From assembly GCA_040398075.1 (NCBI GenBank), contig JBBAUR010000002.1, forward strand, positions 61,834 to 125,833: a stretch of DNA of 64,000 nt, written 5' to 3'. A model generated the notes under the pieces. It worked only from the letters and a program-made list of their open reading frames with translations. It was not told the origin of the DNA and did not search any database. The DNA comes from Bdellovibrionota bacterium (GTDB taxonomy: Bacteria; Bdellovibrionota_C; UBA2361; OMII01). Positions 28,701 through 38,310 of this stretch are shown here, piece after piece (within the stretch, counting starts at the first letter, position 1; each line of letters begins with the position of its first letter). The position numbers were made by a program, and so were the translations under genes.

Positions 28701-29441
28701 GTATGGAAGGTCAAAGAGCTTGTGAGGAGAGCTGTCGTAGGCGCCTAGCGTCAGGAAGGCCAGCAGCGGGTTGGAAAATTTGGCGAGTTCAATTCCTGAC
28801 TGGCGCGCAAAGTACGAGGTATCGAACAGCGGATGCGGCTTGGCGTTCTCGAGGCATCCGAATTGAACGTAGTGTATCAGCGGGTTCATCGCTTTCCCGA
28901 CAACATCAGGGCGCTGAAAGCCGTAGAAAAGAGCGTTAAAGAGGGGATGCGGGCTGAGGCTATACTTGACTCCCTCCAGGAGATAGTGAACCAGCGGTGG
29001 CATTTCGTCATCAAGGCCTGTGTCGTGGGTGTTGGTGACCTGATCACGGTAGAAATCTCGATCGAAGAGGGGGTGCGGTGAGAGCGTTTTGTAACCTACC
29101 TGCAGGTAGTGTAGGAGCGGGATCTCTTCGGTGGTCGGGGTCCGTGCTTTATAATACTTCGTATCGAAGAGCGGATGTGGGTCGATATCCTCAGCGGTGG
29201 GATGCGCCATGTAATGCAGGAGTGGATTGACGCCAGCCTTCAGGAGTTCCTGTTTCTGATAAAGGTAGTAGCGCACCGAGAAGAGCGGGTGCGGATCAAG
29301 CCCTAACAACCAACCAGTTTTGGTGAAGTGTTCGAGTGGGTCTTTGAGCGCCTCGGGATCGTTGGGGCACTGAGAGAGGTAGAAATCGGCATCGAAGAGC
29401 GCTCCCAAGGCGAGGGGAGGGGGATATTTCGTCATGTGCAT
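25794..29441 (-). CDS. Giant glycosyltransferase: N-terminal PHPLFD-repeat array plus two GT4/GT1-like domains
   Basis: About 1215 aa from ATG 29441. It has 8 clear and 2 degenerate repeats of about 37 aa (NPLxHYxxxG....PHPLFDxxYY). Two Rossmann GT-B-like regions follow (e.g. VIVTSHDASRTGAPL; FLHLARLDPFPCVVLEAMAARLPVI). Confidence 0.75.
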   Translation of the reverse strand: MHMTKYPPPLALGALFDADFYLSQCPNDPEALKDPLEHFTKTGWLLGLDPHPLFSVRYYLYQKQELLKAGVNPLLHYMAHPTAEDIDPHPLFDTKYYKARTPTTEEIPLLHYLQVGYKTLSPHPLFDRDFYRDQVTNTHDTGLDDEMPPLVHYLLEGVKYSLSPHPLFNALFYGFQRPDVVGKAMNPLIHYVQFGCLENAKPHPLFDTSYFARQSGIELAKFSNPLLAFLTLGAYDSSPHKLFDLPYYRTQLKARGIPELNEHPLVHYLRDGHTQGLRPHPLFDSLFYSTNNPYLLKYHMEPLTHYVAWGVEEGRNPHPFFDTNWYRLKYPELQRPGITPLEAYLEDWESGGDSDPCWALSTTYYLKQRPACRTANVVPPFHYYSYSRLPLVVDKESLPFPSTDFAELYAQLNSDVGVKRTVAPVRVIVTSHDASRTGAPLIALNITRELKNKYGVECIVILARGGPLEADFAEVATVINFERLTAQHGIGNFAPHIMAILKPSRTVAIVNSLECADILRLLVSMDVPSYSLIHEFTERYNEYNLKSVFDNSRLVAFPSELVKRDAVVHHSRLSSKASDARVIPQGLNDPAFLRGSREQDRADVCKELGIPEDTTVILGVGSIQCRKGCDLFVVAAQQFIRKNPDRPIAFVWIGDSDRSNVFYEDWVHSDVYRAGLTDKVFFVGPREDTRRYFYAADIFLHLARLDPFPCVVLEAMAARLPVILFDETIGSTEVVRDDAGIVVPFLDMFGVNDALSALVNDVEKREMMGRCGRERIEQSFSFSQYVDTILQHVCTERSWRQIGSFRPASGNGASTQQTKLPVYFGASSWNISGTNILWKHVIDGLRSLGWDARVLFTDRLVIGEQYHEPQIAHSSVASALKNHTQERWCALQNFLMQTDRCIFFAGDDTITNSIIPALPSNVGVVGTLLGGRGADYEQSYRLGLYCNRIISLSDELTRSMCTYNPGLLDRIRTIPAHVVDCSGQARCRPAKQPNSPVQILFAGNSTSSESYLADCTGLLNELDIADFPYRLSLLISESARSVLEKLGPPFEDRIRRGIIRVVSYPEPTLLTKLLQEHDTIVLTPDFGALAPTLAASLAHGCVPLVVQPHMDLSMILSPGTNALVFQGCDWREVTKALYDLYSNTQLATQLQQGGLNTQHHGYTISQMVAAYDKVLTEVALEVSLSSWIRPQPFVWSPHFGDALPPQNVVYPHEAL

Positions 29442-29580
29442 AGACCTCGCTGGTGGTGGACGTAGATACCCATTCGCAGTGCCCGACCACACCGGAAGAA
29501 ACGCTAATATATTGATTCAAAAGCGGTTTACAGTCCGGCTCTGACCTCCATCCAGACTTTAGGATGCGTGCAATGGGGGT

Positions 29581-31506
29581 TTAGGTCCGGTCAGAACTGG
29601 GTGATAGGACCAGGTTGAGCACCGCGCTGACACATTCCTGGAGCGATAGGGCGCTGGTGTCCAACGTCAGCGCTGGTGACAGGGGCACTTCGTACGGGTC
29701 CGAAACACCGGTAAACTGAGAGAGCTTGCCGCTACGAGCCTTCTGATACAAACCGTGGGGATCGCGTGCTTCGCATACCTCGAGTGGGGCAGCGACATGC
29801 ACCTCCACGAAGCGATCCTCACCGATAATCTCTCGCGCTCTGCGTCGGTCCTCCTCGTGGGGAGAGATGAAGGCACACAGTACGGAAACCCCCGCCTGGT
29901 TAAACAGCGCTGCTACCTCGGCAGCTCGGCGTAGGTTCTCCGAGCGATCCTGGCGCGAGAAGCCGAGTCCCCGATTCAGTCCGTGTCTTAGATTGTCCCC
30001 ATCAAGGTAAAACACCTGACAGTGGAGATTGAAGAGCGCTCGTTCGACATGCTTAGCGATGGTGGATTTACCCGAACCGGATAGTCCAGTCATCCAGATC
30101 GTTATGGCTCGTCGGCCAGCACGCGCCTCGCGCTCGCTCGGAGTAACGAGAGCATCCTCTTGGTGGAGGTGCGATACCTTGGTTAGGTCTTCTCCCTCAG
30201 GCTCCGTCTCGTGACGACCGCGTTCAATCACCATGCCGGCCGCCACGGTACGGAAGTTGACAGGATCTATGACGATGAAATTTCCGGTTGCTCTGTTCTT
30301 CTCATACGGATCGATAAAGAGCGGGCCCGTTGTCGTGAATATCAACCTCCCTATTTCATTCATCGACAGCGGTGCGGGGGGTGTTCTGCCAAGGGTGTGA
30401 ATGTCGATCTTGTATTCAATATCAGATATGACCCCCTTTACTTCACGGGTCGTGTGCCGAATGATGTAGCGGGTGGTTTGCTCCATCGGCAGATCATCGA
30501 GCCACACTACCATCGCTTCGAAGACCGTCGTGATTCGGGGCACGTTCTTCGAGCGCACTAACATGTCACCACGAGAGAGGTCGAGCTGATCCTCGAGTTG
30601 AATCACTACGGCTTCGCGGCATGAGGCCTCGGTCAACTTTTCGTGAGTGAGCCCTCGGCCTGCACGAATTATCGCCTTGATCCGCGAACGTGTCATAGCC
30701 GGGAGGGCAAGCACCTCTTCTCCCTTCCTGATGACGCCTGAGCTGATGGTGCCCGAATAACCCCGAAAATTTTGGTCTGGGTTTACTACGCGTTGAACGG
30801 CGAAGCGGAAGTCGACTAAGTTCTGGTCGCCCGCGATGTAGACGCTCTCGAGGTGTTCGAGCACCGTTTCGCCCCCGTACCACGGCATCTTGGAGCTGCG
30901 GGTCACTACGTTATCACCCTCGAGGGCCGAGATCGGGATAAACTTTACCTCTCGAATACCCAATTTAGCGGAGAATTCAGTGAACTGCGACACGAGCGCT
31001 TCGAAACGGTCTTGAGCATACTCGACTAGGTCCATCTTGTTTACGGCTATGACAACGCGCGGGACTCCCAAGAGGGCTGTGATGAAGGCGTGACGTTTGG
31101 TCTGCTCGAGTATACCTGCACGGGCATCAACCAGGATAATCGTCAGGTCTACGGTCGATGCGCCGGTCGCCATGTTACGGGTGTACTGAACGTGTCCCGG
31201 AGAGTCAGCCAGGATGAAGCGTCGCCGTGGCGTTGAAAAGTAGCGATATGCTACATCGATCGTGATCCCCTGCTCGCGCTCTGCCTTCAATCCATCGGTA
31301 AGGAGCGCCAAGGAGATGCGTGCCGTTTTACTGCTCTCTGCATTCGCCTGGAGCGCAGCTAAATGATCCTCGTATACGTTACCTGAATCGTAGAGGAGTC
31401 GACCGATCAGGGTAGACTTACCATCATCGACACTACCCGCCGTGGAGAATCGCAGGATAGAGGTGTGAGATTCCCGCTGAGCGATGCGCTGGTCGGCGAG
31501 TGACAT
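29581..31506 (-). CDS. cysNC: Bifunctional sulfate adenylyltransferase subunit 1 (GTPase) / adenylylsulfate kinase (CysN-CysC fusion, NodQ-like)
   Basis: GTPase motifs GSVDDGKST, DSPGH, NKMD. The C-terminal APS-kinase P-loop is GLSGSGKST. The start overlaps the cysD stop (TGATG). Confidence 0.92.
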   Translation of the reverse strand: MSLADQRIAQRESHTSILRFSTAGSVDDGKSTLIGRLLYDSGNVYEDHLAALQANAESSKTARISLALLTDGLKAEREQGITIDVAYRYFSTPRRRFILADSPGHVQYTRNMATGASTVDLTIILVDARAGILEQTKRHAFITALLGVPRVVIAVNKMDLVEYAQDRFEALVSQFTEFSAKLGIREVKFIPISALEGDNVVTRSSKMPWYGGETVLEHLESVYIAGDQNLVDFRFAVQRVVNPDQNFRGYSGTISSGVIRKGEEVLALPAMTRSRIKAIIRAGRGLTHEKLTEASCREAVVIQLEDQLDLSRGDMLVRSKNVPRITTVFEAMVVWLDDLPMEQTTRYIIRHTTREVKGVISDIEYKIDIHTLGRTPPAPLSMNEIGRLIFTTTGPLFIDPYEKNRATGNFIVIDPVNFRTVAAGMVIERGRHETEPEGEDLTKVSHLHQEDALVTPSEREARAGRRAITIWMTGLSGSGKSTIAKHVERALFNLHCQVFYLDGDNLRHGLNRGLGFSRQDRSENLRRAAEVAALFNQAGVSVLCAFISPHEEDRRRAREIIGEDRFVEVHVAAPLEVCEARDPHGLYQKARSGKLSQFTGVSDPYEVPLSPALTLDTSALSLQECVSAVLNLVLSPSSDRT

Positions 31507-32408
31507 CAGAAGTAGCCCTCCCGCTTTTTTAGTTCCATCGAACCGTCAGTGTCAAAATCTATTATGCGCGTTGCACGCTCCGAGGTTTTCACACCCTGCA
31601 TCTCCTCTACGATCTTTTCCAAGGTGTCCGCATCCGATCGAACCGCTCCGGTGCAATGGTAGCACCCGAGGCTGCGAAATCGACACACAACCTCCTTGAC
31701 CTCTCCACTGAGAGAGGTTCGCGTATCGTGATCGAGAACTGGGATTAAGTTACTACCCCGCTCAATCACACGGCGCTTCTGTGCGAAGTACAGCGGCACG
31801 ATCGGAATCCGCTCAACGAGGATATAATTCCAGATATCCTGCTCAGTCCAGTTCGAGAGCGGAAAGACGCGCATGCTCTCACCGGGGGAGAGATGACCGT
31901 TGAACAGGTTCCACAGCTCTGGCCTCTGGTTACGAGGGTCCCACTGTCCGTGCTTGTCCCTGAAGGAGAATACGCGCTCTTTGGCCCGACTGCGCTCCTC
32001 TTCACGGCGAGCCCCTCCGATGGCCGCATCGAATTTGTGAAGTTCGAGCGCTTCGAGGAGAGCGCCGGTCTTGAGGAGGGCGCAACAGCGCTGTGTTCCC
32101 AGGCTATACGGGTTCGTATCCTCTTTCAGCGCCTTCTCGTTTCGGTGAACAATCAGGTTTAGACCAACCTCCCTGGCCATCTGGTCACGGAATTCGTACA
32201 TCTCGGGGAATTTGTAGGACGTATCGATGTGCAGGGCGGTAAACGGGATTCTGCCCGGAAAGAAAGCCTTTTGGGCCAACCTGAGAAGTACCGAGGAGTC
32301 TTTTCCAACTGAGTACATCAGCACCGGTCGCTCGAACTGAGCGGCCACCTCGCGCATGATGAAGATGCTTTCTGCCTCTAGTTGTTCCAAATGAGAAGGT
32401 ACGTGCAC
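31506..32408 (-). CDS. cysD: Sulfate adenylyltransferase subunit 2
   Basis: [27 protein letters not shown] (PP-loop SxGKDS) and C-terminal ...ELKKREGYF. The start codon is GTG. Confidence 0.92.
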   Translation of the reverse strand: MHVPSHLEQLEAESIFIMREVAAQFERPVLMYSVGKDSSVLLRLAQKAFFPGRIPFTALHIDTSYKFPEMYEFRDQMAREVGLNLIVHRNEKALKEDTNPYSLGTQRCCALLKTGALLEALELHKFDAAIGGARREEERSRAKERVFSFRDKHGQWDPRNQRPELWNLFNGHLSPGESMRVFPLSNWTEQDIWNYILVERIPIVPLYFAQKRRVIERGSNLIPVLDHDTRTSLSGEVKEVVCRFRSLGCYHCTGAVRSDADTLEKIVEEMQGVKTSERATRIIDFDTDGSMELKKREGYF

Positions 32409-32597
32409 CTACCGAAAGCTAGCACGCTTTCGCACACGAGCCCAGAGTCTAACTAGTCGATTCTTTTGGGGCTATTCAATCGGTATGCACACCGTGTGTG
32501 TTGAGGTTAGGGGCCATGTGGCTGCGATCAGAGATGTCGTGAGCAGCAGGAGTGCCACACCCTTTTCCTTTGGTCTCAGATGACGCATCATGCGCGC

Positions 32598-33200
32598 ATG
32601 AAGATAGCGTTAGTTGCAGGTAGTCATCGGCACAATTCGGAGTCGGAGCGCGTGGCGCGTTTTATAGAGCAGCAGCTGCCAGCCCTGGGCGCGGAGGGTC
32701 GCCTAATCTCCCTTGCTGGCAACCCGTTGCCTCTCTGGGACGAATCGGTCTGGAGTGGAGACGAAAAGTGGAAGGCGCTTTGGGGGCCGATTTCGAACAC
32801 GTTACGAGAGTCAGATGCTCTGATCGTCGTTGTACCGGAGTGGGCGGGGATGGTGCCACCGGCTCTCAAAAACTTCTTTCTGTTGTGTGCGACCCGCGAA
32901 GTGGGGCACAAGCCTGCACTGATAGTTTCCGTATCGGCAGGGGTTGGGGGGAGTTACCCAGTTGCAGAGCTGCGGGTGTCGTCGTACAAAAACAACCGCC
33001 TCGTTTACATCCCTGAGCACGTCATCATTCGAAATGTCGGTGAGTGTCTCCAGGGTGAAGAGCCGTCAAATGACCGGGACAAGGAAGCTCGCAAACGGCT
33101 CAATCACGGCCTCGCAATCCTCCTCGAATACGGCAAGGCGCTCGCCAACGTGCGAGCCAGTGGGGTCATCGATTACAAGGAATTTCCCTTCGGTATGTGA
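32598..33200 (+). CDS. NAD(P)H-dependent FMN reductase-family oxidoreductase
   Basis: MKIALVAGSHRHNSESERVA...ALIVVVPEWAGMVPPALKNFF, a flavodoxin-like fold pattern. An alternative ATG is at 32580. Confidence 0.7.
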   Translation: MKIALVAGSHRHNSESERVARFIEQQLPALGAEGRLISLAGNPLPLWDESVWSGDEKWKALWGPISNTLRESDALIVVVPEWAGMVPPALKNFFLLCATREVGHKPALIVSVSAGVGGSYPVAELRVSSYKNNRLVYIPEHVIIRNVGECLQGEEPSNDRDKEARKRLNHGLAILLEYGKALANVRASGVIDYKEFPFGM

Positions 33201-33212
33201 CCACGGAAAATT

Positions 33213-33536
33213 ATGCAGAAGATTAGGGTTCTGTTTCTTCCGATTGCCGAGGTTCTCAGAGATACAGGTACGGGAATTCTCTTGGTGGCGGGCTTTAACG
33301 TGTGTTTTGCGATCGCCACCTTTATCGCTTACGAGGTGACGGGAGATGCTGAGCTCGGGCGAGGGTGGTTCATGCGCTTGATGGAGGTTCGTGATATCGG
33401 CTTTTCTGATTTCATCCGACAGTGCGCTGAGATATTCAACTGGTGTGCCCTTGGGGTGATGGTGGTGTTTTTTCTGTTCTCGCTGGGCGCACGTGTGGTC
33501 GCGCATGTGGAGAATGTGCGGCACGACGCGATTTGA
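33213..33536 (+). CDS. Small membrane protein, unknown
   Basis: 107 aa with two hydrophobic helices. Confidence 0.35.
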   Translation: MQKIRVLFLPIAEVLRDTGTGILLVAGFNVCFAIATFIAYEVTGDAELGRGWFMRLMEVRDIGFSDFIRQCAEIFNWCALGVMVVFFLFSLGARVVAHVENVRHDAI

Positions 33537-33744
33537 AGCGACACATTCACGATTTATGAAGAGCGGAGAGGGGATTGCCCCCAAGCTTGGCGGCCTAAAA
33601 TCCCGTGAGCCGTGTCATACCTGTGCCCGCTCGAGTCGTGTCACTCTCAGACGCGTCGATAGAGCGCGTTTCTAATCGCGCTCTCTTTTGGCGAGATTAA
33701 AATCCTAGTGCAAGCGCTCGCTTGCGTCTTTTGGGAAATTACCG

Positions 33745-36297
33745 ATGTACAAGACTGGAGTCTTCCGAATACTGCGTACGTGTATAGTAGCGTTTTGTAG
33801 CAGTCAATTGTTCGCGGGCAACCCTTTGTTCGAATCCCAGCCGGCGCTTGCACAATCGGCTTTTGCACCAGGCGTGAACTTCATCGAGGATGTCGTTTAC
33901 GATCGACTACCGGTGACCGCCGGCGTGGCGTTCGCCCCGGGAGAGCGCCTTTTTTTAGCTATTAAGGAGGGCTCTATCCGCATAGCGGTCTCGGGAAGGT
34001 TGCTGCAGGAGCCCTTTGTTGACATCTCGGAGATCGTCAATAAGTCGACGGACCGCGGCCTGCTTGCAGTCGCAGTTCACCCACAATTCCCGGTCAAGCC
34101 ATTCGTCTATGCCGCATTTGTGTACGATCCTACCGGCTCGAACAAGGACCTACAGGAGCCGCGAGTAGCCCGTGTCGTGCGCTTCACGGCAGATGCTGCG
34201 CTGGATTACAATCGGGCGCTACCCGGTAGTATGGAGGTTATTCTCGGTAAGAACAGCACAGCCGAGAATATGGCTCCTCTGGTGCTGGAGGGGGCGCCCA
34301 ACGATCCGGAGGCAGCCTCGTGCATGACAGGGCTCACCATGGCGGGGGCGCCGATTGAAGACTGTATCCCGGTCGACGGCCTCTCGCACTCGGTGTGCGA
34401 GCTCCAGTTCGGCTCAGATGGCGCTTTGTATGCCGCCTTTGGCGATGGGGCAAGCTATGACGGCCCGAGTCGGATCGGATTGAGGGCGCAGAATCTGGAT
34501 TCTATGTCTGGTCGCGTCGTACGAGTCAACGCGGAGAGCGGCCTGGGACTTCCTGATAATCCATTTTATGACCGGGCAAGACCGTCCTCCAATCGCTCGC
34601 GACTGTGGTCATACGGATTCAGAAATCCGTTTCGCATGACCCTTAATCCGAGTACCGGTCAAGCATATATTGGTGACGTAGGAACATCCTACTTCGAGGA
34701 GGTCAACGTCGGTAAAGGGGCTAACTTCGGCTGGCCGTGCTACGAAGGGGGCTTGCGGGAGCGAAGTGCGCAAGAGGGGGGTGACACCACCAGTTTGGAG
34801 CAGGTCGGTTATCGAAGGGAGCCACGCACGCAGCCGTTTTGCCAGCAGATGTATGATAGAGGACAGGGTTTCGTAGTTCCTCCCGTGTTTACGTACCGAC
34901 ACAAGTACGACGCGAACAAGAAGGACCTCGGTGCATCGATTACGGGCGTTGCGTTTTATTCCGGCACTAACTATCCCGCTCAATATCACGGAGCGCTGTT
35001 CATCGGAGATTATGCACAGCGCTGGATCCGCTATGTCACCTTTGATGACCGAGGAAAGCCTTCGGTCAAGGATTTCGCAACGGAACTCGGCTCTATGCTG
35101 GGGGTGGTGCAGCTTGTGCCCGGCCCAGACACGAACATCTACGCTGTCTACCTCGATCTCAAAACCAAGACTAGTCAGATACGGCGCTTTAGATCAGGCA
35201 CCGGGACGGACGCGCCTCCAGTGGTGCTCGCCACGGCATCACCACGCGTCGGCGATGTGCCCCTGGTGGTCTCTTTCCGAAGTGACGGTACGTACGATCC
35301 GGATGGTAAGCCCCTGACGTACCAATGGGATTTCGGTGACGGTGAATCATCCACAGAGCCAAATCCGCAGCACCTCTACACGCAGGCTGGAATCTTCAAC
35401 GTTCGGCTCACTGTAGCGGAAGTCGAGCAACCTTCCAACGCTTCTGTGGCGAAGCTGACGATACGAACAGGTGTGACCCCACCGAAGCTCTTCATCGACT
35501 CGCCGGCACCTGATTCGCAGTACGCTATTGGTGACATTATCAACCTGTCAGGGCGAGCAGAAGGGAGGGGCAACATCACTCTCACGTGGTCTGTTCTTCA
35601 ACGACACAATCAACACGAACACCTAGTCACCGAGATCGCCGGTCCAGTGGGAGCTTTTCAGACAGAAGAGCACTCTGATGCTACGTCCTACGAGGTCTGC
35701 CTTCTGGCTCGAGACGAGGCTGACGTCACTGACCAGAAATGCATACTCGTGGAGCCTCGCTCGATAGATTACACCTTTGCAAGTTCACCGGTAGGCGCAA
35801 CGATAACCTACGTAGACGAGAGCCGCGACGTCCTTGCGCCATATCTCGCTAAGCCGGTGGTGAACTCTCATCAGACCATCGTGGCTGCGGCCGAACACCT
35901 CGGACGACCTTTTGAACGATGGAGCGATGGAAAGACGACTCGTGAGCGTATGTTCGTGGTGGGGAGCGAGCCACAGGTGTTCACAGCGGTCTATGGTAAC
36001 CAGGCCCCATTGGTGTCGTTCAAGCAGCCGCAGGTGCGAAAGAGGCTACCGGCTAAAGTCAGATTCGATGCGCGCGCATCCCGTGATCCGGACGGCGATC
36101 CAATTGAATTCTCCTGGCGTTTCAGCGATGGCACTCGGGCTTCGGGACCACTGGTGTCGAAAACATTTGCGCGGCGCGGCCGGTACCGAGTAACTCTCAC
36201 GGTGGTAGATAAACGAGGAATGAGAACACAGAGACGCTTCTCTGTACGGGTCGGCATGCCGCAGGGAACGCGACGTGTGTCGAGACCACGAGCATAG
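33745..36297 (+). CDS. Secreted PQQ-dependent sugar dehydrogenase-like beta-propeller with two PKD domains
   Basis: Signal peptide, DRGLLAVAVHPQF, WSYGFRNPFRM, ANFGWPCYEG. PKD motifs are YDPDGKPLTYQWDFGDG and RDPDGDPIEFSWRFSDG. Confidence 0.8.
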   Translation: MYKTGVFRILRTCIVAFCSSQLFAGNPLFESQPALAQSAFAPGVNFIEDVVYDRLPVTAGVAFAPGERLFLAIKEGSIRIAVSGRLLQEPFVDISEIVNKSTDRGLLAVAVHPQFPVKPFVYAAFVYDPTGSNKDLQEPRVARVVRFTADAALDYNRALPGSMEVILGKNSTAENMAPLVLEGAPNDPEAASCMTGLTMAGAPIEDCIPVDGLSHSVCELQFGSDGALYAAFGDGASYDGPSRIGLRAQNLDSMSGRVVRVNAESGLGLPDNPFYDRARPSSNRSRLWSYGFRNPFRMTLNPSTGQAYIGDVGTSYFEEVNVGKGANFGWPCYEGGLRERSAQEGGDTTSLEQVGYRREPRTQPFCQQMYDRGQGFVVPPVFTYRHKYDANKKDLGASITGVAFYSGTNYPAQYHGALFIGDYAQRWIRYVTFDDRGKPSVKDFATELGSMLGVVQLVPGPDTNIYAVYLDLKTKTSQIRRFRSGTGTDAPPVVLATASPRVGDVPLVVSFRSDGTYDPDGKPLTYQWDFGDGESSTEPNPQHLYTQAGIFNVRLTVAEVEQPSNASVAKLTIRTGVTPPKLFIDSPAPDSQYAIGDIINLSGRAEGRGNITLTWSVLQRHNQHEHLVTEIAGPVGAFQTEEHSDATSYEVCLLARDEADVTDQKCILVEPRSIDYTFASSPVGATITYVDESRDVLAPYLAKPVVNSHQTIVAAAEHLGRPFERWSDGKTTRERMFVVGSEPQVFTAVYGNQAPLVSFKQPQVRKRLPAKVRFDARASRDPDGDPIEFSWRFSDGTRASGPLVSKTFARRGRYRVTLTVVDKRGMRTQRRFSVRVGMPQGTRRVSRPRA

Positions 36298-36396
36298 TTT
36301 GCAAGCAAGGCAGGTCAAGCATTAATTGAACATTATTAATAGCTTACCTGATTTATATGACCGATAACGTTACTTATCAGTCAAATAAAAAAGGAC

Positions 36397-36422
36397 GACT
36401 GGGGCGGCCTCCCGCCCCAGTC
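36397..36422. terminator. Bidirectional stem-loop terminator between convergent genes
   Basis: gactggggcgg-cctc-ccgccccagtc, with an A-run upstream (aaataaaaaagg) that gives a T-run on the minus strand. Confidence 0.6.
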
Positions 36423-36429
36423 TCTGCCA

Positions 36430-37806
36430 TTAGTAGTTAATCTGCACCTGCAGTGCTAGGCGCGAGCCGTCAGTGAGGTTGTCGTATGGAAAGGTGTTGC
36501 TGTTCGTTCGGTCGAGTGTGTACGTGTACATCGCGGTGAACTCCACCTCCTTCCAGGGGCTGAATTCGACTCCGAAGTCCCACTCATCTATGAGCACGGC
36601 GGGTGCATTGCGGCCGAACTTTCGAGCTCCATCGAAGTATTGCCAGCGTACGAACGGAAAGAACGTTCCGATCGACCGGTCAATCTTTGCGTTCACCTGC
36701 AGGTAACCTCCCTGCATGTACTCGTCATCGATCGTTGTGTAATCGTCGCTCAGCGTCGGGCTCCGTCCGATGTTCCATTCCGCCTCGAAGCCTATCGGTT
36801 GCGGGTAAACTACAGTTGTAAAGCCAATTCGCTGATCGGTCACACCCTCAGAGTCAAATGTCGGTACGGTCTCGGTGTCTGCACCCTCGAGTTTGTAACC
36901 CTTGGTTCGCGGGACGAACTTGCCGGTGTATGCCTGAATACCGGTCTCGAAGAACTGTCCGTTATCGAGCTTGAACGGGTATGCAGCGCGGATGATGGTG
37001 TGGAGCGAGTTGTTGGAGTCGCTGCGGTTAGGTCCCTGTCCGCTGTACGCCCCTACCCCCAAAACACCGTAGTCCCCTGACCCTTTGAGTCCGGATCGCA
37101 CCAGGTTGGCGTAGCGGTCTCGGATATCCTTGGGGGCCCAGTAAAAGAACGTTCCGACATCGCGCTCACTCTCTGCTGCGCTGTTTATTGCGTCTGCACG
37201 CTCCATCGGACCACGGTTTTGGCTCGATTGTAGATTGACGAATCCGAACGGTATCTTCGACTGTCCTACTCGGAGTCTGAACTCTTTCTTCTCGTCGAAG
37301 GCGATATCCCCGTACAGATCCCGAAGCTGCATCGCAAAGTCACCATCAGCGGGGCTGCCGTTTAGTTCACCCTGTGCATACAGGTACAGATGCTCACTTG
37401 CATCTCCACTCAGGATGAGTCGACCTCGGCGAATCATGAACGATTGATCCGGAGCTACGGTCCTATCAGCTGGATGAAAGAAGTCTGCCCCTTTGTGGCC
37501 CCAGAGATCTGTGTAGCGAAGTTGCGTGTACCCTCGAATGGAGAACTTGTCCGCCCAGTTGAGGTCCGAAGCGTTTGGAACTGGAGCAGCCGCTGGGGAA
37601 TGCGAGATCGACCTCTTTCCAGGTAGCGACGTAGCCCCATCGGATGTGATGACAGCGGTTCCCAAGCGGGTCCGCCCTGGGCCTGGTTCTGCAAAGATCT
37701 GCTTGGTCTTGGTATCAACGTACAGATCGGTCGTTTGCGCACTTCCTTGCTGTGTGCTTGCGCACAACGCTGCAACGCATACAGCAAGGTACAATCGTGT
37801 TCTCAT
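36430..37806 (-). CDS. Phosphate-selective porin O/P-like outer-membrane porin
   Basis: Signal peptide (LAVCVAALCASTQQGSAQ), beta-strand-rich sequence, C-terminal LQVQINY. Sits divergently next to pstS. Confidence 0.6.
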   Translation of the reverse strand: MRTRLYLAVCVAALCASTQQGSAQTTDLYVDTKTKQIFAEPGPGRTRLGTAVITSDGATSLPGKRSISHSPAAAPVPNASDLNWADKFSIRGYTQLRYTDLWGHKGADFFHPADRTVAPDQSFMIRRGRLILSGDASEHLYLYAQGELNGSPADGDFAMQLRDLYGDIAFDEKKEFRLRVGQSKIPFGFVNLQSSQNRGPMERADAINSAAESERDVGTFFYWAPKDIRDRYANLVRSGLKGSGDYGVLGVGAYSGQGPNRSDSNNSLHTIIRAAYPFKLDNGQFFETGIQAYTGKFVPRTKGYKLEGADTETVPTFDSEGVTDQRIGFTTVVYPQPIGFEAEWNIGRSPTLSDDYTTIDDEYMQGGYLQVNAKIDRSIGTFFPFVRWQYFDGARKFGRNAPAVLIDEWDFGVEFSPWKEVEFTAMYTYTLDRTNSNTFPYDNLTDGSRLALQVQINY

Positions 37807-38310
37807 AGCTCTCCTCCTGACTATGACGTAGACGAGCTCATTAGTTCGACGAGGTGCACCCGTCAGTCAAATGAGCTTGTGCTTACAAAGGGCTAGGATT
37901 AGCGCAGAGATATTTGATTTGCGTGCGCTCACGCATTGTATATATCCTGAGCATGTGTCTGGATTGAAGTCACTATTTCCAGAGCAGAGCACGGGACAAC
38001 AGACTTTTGGCGGCTGCAGATATCGATAGAGTGAGCTGTATCGGACCGTTGTGCTAGCGATAAACTAACCTTAACTGTATCACGGACTAACAGCATGAGA
38101 CTTTTATTTTGGTATCGATGTTTTAGAGTTCGATATATCGGATAAACGTTTGAAACCAGTGGTCACAACATCACGGCCCACGCTCACAGATTTCTAACCG
38201 AGCGCAGTGCAGCCTTTGTTTCCGATCGGTGCTATACCGACTCCCGGATATCGGGTGATTAGAGAAGTTTCGCACCGGATAGGAAAGCTACCTTTTATCG
38301 GAAACAAGTA

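Noticed and set aside
37830-38310. Pho boxes upstream of pstS and the porin
   Set aside because: CTGTATC occurs twice (about 38036 and 38075), but the expected second half-sites 11 bp away are poor matches to CTGTCAT. This is not convincing without a position weight matrix.
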